Shown here piece after piece: positions 37,619-46,635 of a stretch of 64,000 nt of DNA; within the stretch, counting starts at the first letter, position 1, and each line of letters starts with the position of its first letter. The notes beneath the pieces are model-generated. The model saw nothing but the letters and a program-made list of their open reading frames with translations. It did not search any database and was not told where the DNA came from. This DNA is from Trichodelitschia bisporula. Taxonomy: Eukaryota. Made by a program: the position numbers and the translations under genes. Where the stretch lies: the NCBI GenBank assembly GCA_010356995.1, contig ML996690.1, positions 1,334,217 through 1,398,216 of the forward strand, given 5' to 3'.

Positions 37619-37781
37619 GGAGTTGGAGATGGAGGTGGAGTTGGAGGCTGGAGATGGAGGTGGAGTTGGAGGCTGGAGATGGAGGGGGAGGTGGAGGTGG
37701 AGGTGGAGGTGGAGGTGGAGGTGGAGGTGGAGGTGGAGGTGGAGTTGGAGGTTGGAGATGGAGGTGGAGTTGGAGGTTGGA
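37619..37781. repeat. Hexanucleotide microsatellite (GGAGGT)n with GGAGTT/GGAGAT/GGAGGC variants
   Basis: About 27 hexamer units directly visible between USE1 and ADE13. Confidence 0.95.
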
Positions 37782-38079
37782 GACAGCTTGCCTTGTTGTC
37801 GCGCACCATGACCGCATCGCAGCCTTCTTCGGAGGAATGATTCCCCGCGCCCGCTCCCCACACGCCACCAGAGAAAGGCGCTGCAGCCGGTCTCGCCCGC
37901 ATGCGCAGGGCTGTGGGTGGGCAGACAAGAGCCGCGAAGCAAAACATCTGATAAGAACACCTGATATAAAATCTCTTCCACTGTTCCTCGCGCTGTAAAG
38001 TAGATTCATTGCAGGCTTCCCGTCTTCCTCATCTCTTCTCAATCACACGTAGCTAGCCTTTGCTCCTTCAATCGCCAGA

Positions 38080-39692
38080 ATGTCCTCCAACGACACCTTC
38101 CAAACGCCGCTCAACTCGCGCTATGCCTCCACAGAAATGAAGAAGCTCTGGAGCCCCCGCACCCGCTTCTCCACCTGGCGCAAGCTCTGGCTCTGGCTCG
38201 CCCAGGCCGAAGCCCAGCTCGGGCTCCCCATCTCCGAAGAAGCCCTCTCCCAACTCGCCGCCCACGTCACAATTCAGGACGACGAATTCGCCGGCATAGC
38301 AGAGGAAGAAAAGAAGCGTCGCCACGACGTCATGGCGCACGTCTGGGGCTACGGGCAAGTGGCCCCCGCAGCCGCAGGGATTATCCACTGGGGCGCGACC
38401 AGCTGCTACGTGACGGACAACGGGGACCTGCTGCTCCTGAAGCAAGGGCTCGATATCCTCCTCCCGAAGCTCGCGACTGCGATTTCGAAACTCGCTCAGT
38501 TTGCGGATACGTACAAGGCGCTGCCGTGTCTGGGATACACGCACGCGCAGCCCGCGCAACTGGTCACGGTGGGCAAGCGCGCGTGTCTGTGGCTGCAGGA
38601 TCTGCTCAAGGACCTTGCGAACCTGGAGCGCGCGCGCTCGGACCTGCGCTTCCGTGGGTACGTGGCTCAATGCCGGTCTTGTAGGTGCGGAGCGCTGACT
38701 GGCGTAGTGTGAAGGGCACGACGGGCACACAAGCCTCGTTCCTGCAGATCTTCGGCGGCGACCACGACAAAGTCGAGCGCCTGGACGAGCTAGTCACCGA
38801 ATACGCAGGCTTCGAGTCGGCGTACATAATCTCCTCGCAGACGTACCCGCGCAAAATCGATCTCGACACATTGAACGCCCTGGGCTCTTTTGGCGCGACG
38901 TGCGAGCGCATCGGGACGGATATCCGGCTGCTCGCGCATGGCAAGGAACTGGAAGAGCCGTTCGAGAAGGACCAGATTGGCAGCAGTGCGATGGCATATA
39001 AGCGCAATCCGATGCGGTCTGAGCGCCTCTGCTCTCTGGGCCGGTACCTGCAGAACGAGCCGAAGAATGCGAATGACACGTATCGCGCGCAGTGGTTTGA
39101 GCGCACGCTGGACGACAGCGCGAATCGGAGGCTGAGTATTCCGCAGAGCTATCTGTGCGCGGATGCGTGCCTCATTTTGCTGAACAACATCACGTCAGGG
39201 CTGGTGGTCTACCCTGCTGTTATCAAGAAGCATATTGATGAGGAGTTGCCGTTTATGGCGACTGAGAATGTAAGTTTTGTTCCCTGGGACTGAGATCGAA
39301 CTAATAGCGTAGATCATCATGGCCTGTGTCGCTGCCGGTCTGTCACGTCAAGATGCGCACGAGGAAATCAGGGTTCTCTCTCACGAGGCCGCTGCTGTTG
39401 TCAAGCAGCAGGGCAAGCCGAACGACTTGATTGAGCGGATCAAGCGCACGCCGTTCTTTGACCCTGTGCTGCCGCAGATGGACCAGTTGCTAGATCCGAG
39501 GTACGCTTTGCAACGCTCTTATCGGAGGCTTTACTCTCTGGGTCTTGGCTTCGGACTTGGGCTAATCATGACAGCACTTTTATCGGTCGTGCGCCGCAGC
39601 AGGTTGAGAAGTTCCTCCGCGTTGAGATCGCTCCTGCGCTCGCGAAGTATGAGGGCCAGATTAAGGCGGAGACGGCGGAGTTGTCGGTGTAG
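38080..39692 (+). CDS. ADE13: Adenylosuccinate lyase (3 introns)
   Basis: [66 protein letters not shown]. Confidence 0.97.
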
Positions 39693-40071
39693 AGTGGGAA
39701 AGTGGAACAGTGGCATAAAAATCTGGCAAATAGCTTGTGCCGATCGTTAGTCAGCATCAAAGAGCCATAAAAGTCTTCTTATGTAGTTTGGGTCACGTAG
39801 ATCCAATCTCATGCGCGCAGTCTTGAGCTCGTAGCCTTGCTGAACATCAGCCTTGCATGTGCTGCTTATGTAATCGCAAATCACAGCGCGGCATGGAATA
39901 ACTAGCTTCCGAGGCGGCAACTCACCTCCGTCACCATCACCGTTCACCTCACTGCATCGCACCCCAAAGATCCATCCACCATCCACCTCCACCACTCCCC
40001 CTCGCTCACCACAACTCGAATCCCCCAGTACCCCCAACCTCACATACCAAAACCGCCCATAAACCGCCACA

Positions 40072-40878
40072 ATGTCCGAACGCAAAGTCCTCACCAAATA
40101 CTACCCCCCCGACTTCGACCCCTCCAAACTCGAACGCTCCCGCGGCGGCAAATCCACCGGCCCCAAAAGCACAACCGTGCGCCTCATGGCCCCCTTCAGC
40201 ATGCGCTGCACCGCCTGCGGCGAATACATCTACAAGGGCCGCAAATTCAACGCGAGGAAAGAAACCGCCGCCGAGAAATACCTCACGATTCCCATCTTCC
40301 GGTTCTACATCCGGTGCACGCGGTGCAGCGGGGAGATTGTGTTTAGGACCGATCCGAAGAATATGGATTATATTGCTGAGAGGGGGGCGAAGAGGAACTT
40401 TGAGCCGTGGAGGGAGGAGCGGACGGAGGAGACGGATCAGGAACGCTTGGATCGGTTGGAGCAGGAGGAGTTGGAGAAGGATGCGATGGGAATGTTGGAG
40501 GCGAAGACGGTGGATGCGAAGACGGAGATGGCGATTGCGGATGCATTGGATGAGATACGCTCCCGGAATGCGCGGAATGAGATGCAGGCGGAGAAGGGCG
40601 ATGTGCCGATTGTGCGGGATGTGAGGGACGAGGAGAGGGAGAGGCAGGAGAGAGAGGATGAGGAGGCGGCGAAGAGGGCGTTTGAGAGTGCGACGGGGGA
40701 GAAGATTCGCCGGCTTGTTGTGGATGAGGAAGTGGGGGCGGCGCCGCTTGCTGCGCCTGTGACGATGGGGGGGGTGGAGCTGGGGGAGGGGGCGCCGTTG
40801 TTCAAGCGCATGGTGAAGAAGAAGAAGGATTTTGGGGCGGCGCTGGGGATTAAGAAGAAGAAGCCTGGGTTGGTGTGA
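40072..40878 (+). CDS. YJU2: Splicing factor Yju2/Cwc16
   Basis: MSERKVLTKYYPPDFDP, VRLMAPFSMRCTACGEYIYKGRKFNARKE, CTRC, TDPKNMDY. Confidence 0.97.
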   Translation: MSERKVLTKYYPPDFDPSKLERSRGGKSTGPKSTTVRLMAPFSMRCTACGEYIYKGRKFNARKETAAEKYLTIPIFRFYIRCTRCSGEIVFRTDPKNMDYIAERGAKRNFEPWREERTEETDQERLDRLEQEELEKDAMGMLEAKTVDAKTEMAIADALDEIRSRNARNEMQAEKGDVPIVRDVRDEERERQEREDEEAAKRAFESATGEKIRRLVVDEEVGAAPLAAPVTMGGVELGEGAPLFKRMVKKKKDFGAALGIKKKKPGLV

Positions 40879-41175
40879 GGAGGCACCGTGGACTGAGACT
40901 TTGGTGTACGTATTTATGCGAGAGCGTCATGAATGGTTTCTCACATCTGCAGTTTTGGACAGCACAACTCGCGCTTTCTGTGTTCATCATGTCGACCTCC
41001 GCGTCTACCTCCGGTGAATCTTAGGGATCTGGCTCAATGTTAGATTCAGAGTGTTGACGACAGAGAAGTAGTTTCTTCACTTCCCCCCAAGGAATCACGC
41101 AACGTAAAGAACGCACGGCCAGCGACTTCGGATACAAGACACTTGAAAGGACCACATTCGGACTCATCTCGGTTT

Positions 41176-41310
41176 CCCAGGTCTTCGATCTCCCGTGACG
41201 GCTCCTGGATGAAGGGTCTACCCAGGTCTTTGGTGCCCAGTGACGGTTCCTGGATGAGGGATCTACCCAGGTCTTTGGTCTCCAGATAACGGCTCCTGGA
41301 TGAGGATCTA
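41176..41310. repeat. Tandem repeat, 45-bp unit x3
   Basis: CCCAGGTCTT....GACGGYTCCTGGATGAR GGWTCTA occurs three times in tandem. Confidence 0.9.
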
Positions 41311-42281
41311 CAAGATCAGGGGTCTCTACTTCAAGGCAATCCCAAACACGGCAATTCTCTAACCTCTTTTCAGTTCCGTGTAGAGTCGAGCTTGGGCGAT
41401 ATGATGAAGGGCATTCTTGGTTTACGCTCCGGCTTGTTGCTGTACCCGTAGCCCGTTTCGTCCGAGTTTTGGCTTCCTTTCTTCAGATCTGGATGGCGAG
41501 GCAGAGGCTCCTGGGCACAAAGCAGGCTACCGAACGTCCAGTACCGCCGTTATTTCGAAATCGGGGAAGCGCGCGGTCAAGAACGTACGCGCGGGGATAC
41601 CTCTCACGCGTGCGAGCAGCTGGCAGTGTTGTCAGGCGAATACGTCTCGACAGCATACTTGGGAGTTTACGAAGAGTAGCAGGGAACGGTGGGTGGCTTC
41701 AACAGGTGTTATCTGCGTCAACCGTCAGGATCATATGGAAGTCGTCCAGCGCGATGACCCGCAAGAAGTTGTCTTCGTCGTCAGTCTTCTAGAACATATA
41801 CAGTGTTCTTTCATACATCAGATACCTAATCCAAGCATTCTTTTGCCATATCACATCCGCTCTGACAAACCGCCATAACGTCATGCCCGTTTTCTGGTGT
41901 TAACGCAGTGGGGTTCCGTTTGGTGCTCCCATACCGCCTTTCAAACACACTATACAAACGCGCCACGTCTCCGTACTATTCCCACTCCCTATTTAACCTC
42001 TTCATCCCGCCGCATCATCTCACATAACGCTTTACTTGCACAGCTCACAGCTCCTAAGAGCGTTCACATATAACTGTCACATATAACCATATATATAAAC
42101 CCCTCCGGCGGCTCCTCAGGGAAGCCCATAAAAACCACAACAGCTACTCCTACAGCACCCACAACTGTCTTCATTACTGCAACAGTCTCCTCTACCAACA
42201 ACAGTCTTCAACCACCTCCAGACGCCAAACACAACCAAACCCCCAAAACCCCAAAACGCACTCCACTCCATCAAACCCACA

Positions 42282-42455
42282 ATGTGCCTCTACGACGAAG
42301 TCACCTTCACCTGCGGGCACAAATTGGCCGACATCCGCATGAAGTGCGATAACCCAAACCAGCCTACGTGCTCGACTCGTATACACACGAAAACCGAGAA
42401 CCAGAAATGCGAGCGCTGCGGTGGTCCAAAGTATAAACTCGGCGGGCAGCTTTGA
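42282..42455 (+). CDS. Cys/His-rich micro-protein copy 1 (57 aa)
   Basis: MCLYDEVTFTCGHKLADIRMKCDNPNQPTCSTRIHTKTENQKCERCGGPKYKLGGQL*; ACAATG context, TATATATAAA about 190 bp upstream. Confidence 0.8.
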   Translation: MCLYDEVTFTCGHKLADIRMKCDNPNQPTCSTRIHTKTENQKCERCGGPKYKLGGQL

Positions 42456-42998
42456 TGTGTGCCACGGATATTAATGGGGCCTGATGGGGTGGATCTGGAC
42501 AGATGAAGTAGATTGGGGGAATGTAAAGATCGGTTCCGTTATAATGGGCCTGATGGGTAAATCTGGTCAGGTGAAGTAGATTAGGGGAATGCAAAGATCG
42601 GTTTCGTTGATGAAGGGTGCTGTGACTGTGAATGTGAATGTATATATAAACTGGCCATAGGGGGTGGTATCTATCCTAGTGGTGATATGTGAAGAGTATG
42701 TAAACCCGTTACGTCTACGCTCTATTCTTTCCCTCCATTTAGGCCCTTCCACCTCGCCGTATCATCCCACTGCAAGCTTCACTCACACAGCTTACAGCTC
42801 TCCGCAGCGCTCACATATACCGGTCACACACACTTATGTATATAGCCCCGTGCGGCGGCCCCTTAACGAAGACTATAACAAGCACATTAAACAGCCACCC
42901 CACAATCCACTACAAAACGACAATGGTCTTCAATCCTCTCCACGCACGGTACCACCAAAGACACTGAAACCGAGAAACACATTCCCACTACAACTACA

Positions 42999-43169
42999 AC
43001 GTGTCTGATCGAAATAGTCACCTGCGCTTGCGGGCACGTAGTACACGAGATCGCGCTATACTGCGACAAACCGTGCCCGCCTAGGTGCTACACTCCCTCA
43101 GGTCGGCCTAAAGCTAAATGCGCGTGCAGCGTCTGCGATCTGGAGTCCGATCGCCACAAGCGTTATTAG
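42999..43169 (+). CDS. Cys/His-rich micro-protein copy 2 (56 aa; ACG in place of ATG, so non-AUG start or young pseudogene)
   Basis: (ACG)CLIEIVTCACGHVVHEIALYCDKPCPPRCYTPSGRPKAKCACSVCDLESDRHKRY*; aligns without gaps to copies 1 and 3. Confidence 0.6.
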   Translation, partial: TCLIEIVTCACGHVVHEIALYCDKPCPPRCYTPSGRPKAKCACSVCDLESDRHKRY

Positions 43170-43706
43170 CCCGGTGAATGGCATTGCAACGCGGATGATA
43201 GGCGGTATTAGCCCTGTAGACGGCGATATACAGCACGGATTGATGGGCCTAAGGGATGAATCCGGTTATAATTTAGTAAATTAGGCGAATACAAAGATCA
43301 TTTCCGTGATGATGGGTGCTGTGATTGTTACTGTATGTATGGATTAGCTATATAGGGGGTTGGTATCTATCCCAATAGTCATGCTTAAAGAATGTGTAAA
43401 CGCGTTATAGAAACGCGTAACGTCTACTCTCTGTTCTCACCCTCCATTTAAGCTCTTAACCTCGCCGCATCATTTCAATAAGCTTCACTCGCACAGCTGA
43501 CAGCTCTTTGGGGCGTCACATATAACCCATCACATATAACAATGTATATTAACCTCATAGGCGGCCCAAAACGAAGACCATACAACCACAGCAGCTACTA
43601 CTACAACAGCCATCCCTTACAACACATTAACGATCTCCAACGATCTCTACCAATCTCCATATACTTCACACAGCTAAAGCCTCAAAAGACACTCCACAAC
43701 AACACC

Positions 43707-43886
43707 ATGTGTTTAGTTGAAGAAGTTGTGTACACCTGCCGGTGCACAATACGGCACATCCCCATATCGTGCGACAAGCCGAACCGGCCTAAGTGCCTCT
43801 CTTTTTCAGGCCACGCCTACCGGAAGCGCCGGTGCGAGTCCTGCGGTGGGGGCGTCGACCCGGAAATAGCCTGGCCGGTGGACTAG
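43707..43886 (+). CDS. Cys-rich micro-protein copy 3 (59 aa)
   Basis: MCLVEEVVYTCRCTIRHIPISCDKPNRPKCLSFSGHAYRKRRCESCGGGVDPEIAWPVD*; ACCATG context. Confidence 0.8.
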   Translation: MCLVEEVVYTCRCTIRHIPISCDKPNRPKCLSFSGHAYRKRRCESCGGGVDPEIAWPVD

Positions 43887-44327
43887 GCCGGACGATGAAT
43901 TTGCAACACGGATTGATGGGCTTGAGGGGCGAATCTAGTCGGGGTTCAGTAGATTAGGCGAATACAAAGATCATTTCCGTAATCATGGGTGCGATGATTC
44001 TGTGCAGATTGGCCGTAGGGGGTGGTGTCTATCCTAGTGGTGATATGTGAAGAAAGGGTGAAGGTATTCCGGTTGATTGACTGGCTTCTTGACGTCCCAT
44101 ATTGGCCTGCTTTTTGCCCATACCGCATGCTAGTATGTATGGCGGGGAGTAGTTATGGGTGTAGCCTTCACCCGATCGGATGTCCGGAACGTGAAAGATG
44201 GAGTGCTGCGGGCCAACCATGAGGAACATCTAGCCCAGTGCGGACTGTGCTTCGACAGACTCAGCGAGAGTCCTGTCGAGCCCCCATCTCCAGCCTCTTT
44301 GTGAAGTCGGTGTCCGGTCAGCTCGGC

Positions 44328-45130
44328 TTAACCGGTAACCTCATAGACTGGGCGGCAAATGTAGCCTAAATCGCTTCGTCGCGCGGTCCGCGGGCCGATT
44401 CTCAAACGCCGACCCATGGAGCTCAAATACAAAGTTCCTAGGCCAGTCCGGCGAATTTCCCGCGTCGGCTGCGAACGGAGGCTCCTGCATACTGTCGTCA
44501 AGAGGAATCTCAAACCTAAACACCGTGTGCTCCTTCGGGACCGCTGCAGCAATTAGCATTGTCCCTCTACACCACTCAAAACTCACTCTTAACCTCATTC
44601 CCCGGCGTAACAACCTCAAACGTAAACTTAGTATCCCTAACCACAATCCCCACAATCCCAACCCGTCCCACACACCGACTCCTCACAACCCTAACCCCCG
44701 CCCCATGAAAATCCGCCCCCGCAAGCAACGGCCCCGCCCCCTTCGCCTCAACATACCGCCCCCACACCCCCCTCTCCCCACCCACACCCAGTATCTCCCG
44801 CACATATGCCGTCCACAAGCGCCACAGCGGCACGTACACCGCGTACTTGAGCCCCTCCTCCGGGAGGGCGTAGAGCTGCAGCGCGCGCTTCTGTTTCGAG
44901 GACAGAGGGCGCGGTTTGCGCGATTTGCGCTGCTCGGCGGTTTTCTTCTCGCGGGCGAGACGTCGCTCGTGTCGCGCGTTTGGGGGTCGGTCTTCGGGGA
45001 GGGTGGGGCGGAGGAAGAGCGGTTTGGCGATGATTTTGCTTCTGAAGAGGTCTGTCGCTGTGGAGGGGTCGTGGGCGCGCGAGAGGAGGTCGAGGGCTAT
45101 GTGGCTTTTGCTGGAGGGGGTGGAGTCCAT
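44328..45130 (-). CDS. POP4: RNase P/MRP subunit Pop4/Rpp29 (intron ~44550-44587)
   Basis: KPRPLSSKQKR, PLWRLWTAY, ADFHGAGVRVVRSRC, GIVVRDTKFTF, VPKEHTVFRFE, ELHGSAFENRPADRATKRF. Confidence 0.93.
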
Positions 45131-45453
45131 TTTGGTTCTATGCCTTTGGTTTGCCGCAGAGATGGTTTCGAGGGAGGGTTGAGCACGTTGTACAGTACAC
45201 GCTTGAAAAGACATGAAGTCGCACCGGAAGCGGGGAGTGGGTCATCCCCGCGCCAAGTCTTGATACTTGGCAGGTACGATTGCTTGATTCAACGAGGAAC
45301 CAAAAAACTGGTCGTGATATGTATGAGAGATATTCGCCAGCATGCTTTCTTCACCCCTCACAATGATTTAGACTGCAAAGGCTCTTTACACCGGCTGCGT
45401 GCATCTACTGCCGCTTCTGCCAAACTCCAAACGCCAGTCTTGTCTACATCCGT

Positions 45454-46024
45454 CTACTCCCGCTGCAGCACCACCGTCAAGCCCATAATCCCGAGCATAG
45501 CCTTCTTCAACCAAGGATACTCGCTCAGCAGAATAGTCACATACCCCACCATGGGCACATAACCCACCACACTCCCAATGACATCCTTCTCGCGATCCAG
45601 ATAGTTCTGCCCAGGCGCATACAGCTCCGTATCATCCGCCGCATTGTTATCCCCCTTGGTAAGCAGCCGCAACGGCGTCGCCCTGCCCCATATCAGTAAC
45701 CATCGAAGCCACGCCTCGCACCACTCACCCGCCCCCAAACCGGCGCACCACCCGATGCACAATCGGAATGTCCTTGCCGCGCACGTTATACACAACGATA
45801 TCGCCGACCCTTGTATCCGGCGCGCGGTTCCACAGGAAGAGGAGGTCACCCCGTTCGAAAGCCGGCTCCATGCTGCCGCTCAGCACGACGACGATCGGAC
45901 TGGGCGAGTCGGCGGCTACGCTGAGCGCTTTCCATAGCATGAAGGCGCTACTGAGGACGAGGGCGAAGTTGAGGACTTGGGTCAGGAGCGAGCGCGTTGA
46001 CGTTATTCCGAGTGAGGAGAGCAT
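45454..46024 (-). CDS. SEC11: Signal peptidase catalytic subunit Sec11 (1 intron)
   Basis: [46 protein letters not shown]. Confidence 0.97.
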
Positions 46025-46635
46025 CGTAGCCGGTTGCGGAGTCGGAAGAGAGCCTGGCGTAGGCGAGATGGGTATGGAACGGCGAACACTCTCCTACGAC
46101 GGGACCTAGGTTGGTTGGAGCGTGATGGGATGGTGGTGAGGTTTGATACCGGAGCTTGCGATCAGGAACGGGAAAGACAGATGTCAGGAACGTGCACAGT
46201 AACCTTGGCGCCAAGGTATCAGCCTTGGACGTCCTGAAGCTGCACTCCGAACCACCAACGGCAATTACATTGAGAGTTCTATTTTCCGCTCATCACAAAA
46301 TTAAGCGCTCAGCAACACGGGCGAAGGTATAATCGCTATAGCTATCCGATCAAGGGCAACAAGCTGAAGCACGGCAGCAAGGTGCGCCAGGGAGCGCCGT
46401 GAGGAACAGGTTTATGGAGGGCAGTGCTTAGGGACTCGGTGAGGCTCAGATCGTAAAGCTGGACGCTGAGGAGGAAGAAGAGGCAGATCTCTCTGCATAA
46501 TACATTCAATGAGCAAAAGAGAATTGCGGCCTGGAAGAGACAAATTCCAGCTTCCATCCCAACGAAACTGAACAGCTTCTGTATTCAAGCATCCGCCCGT
46601 CTTCCGCCAAAACAGCCGTGCCAGGAGCATCCACC

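Larger units (their letters stand above)
41950..44060 (+). repeat. Tandem triplication of a ~0.7-kb gene unit
   Basis: CGTCT.C..T..TT...C.CCATTTA at ~41967/42712/43421; CACAGCT.ACAGCTC..TCACATATA; end block GGGGGTGGT.TCTATCC at ~42660/43355/44018. Confidence 0.92.

Noticed and set aside
37400..38042. Poly-Pro/poly-Gly/(LH)n/(WR)n ORFs
   Set aside because: Translation artefacts of the GGAGGT microsatellite.
41176..41310. CRISPR-like array
   Set aside because: The units are contiguous degenerate tandem repeats with no unique spacers, there are no cas genes, and the DNA is eukaryotic.
42282..43886. Micro-proteins as classic metallothioneins or secreted defensins/effectors
   Set aside because: They lack a signal peptide, and the Cys residues are widely spaced among hydrophobic/aromatic residues rather than in dense CxC/CC clusters.
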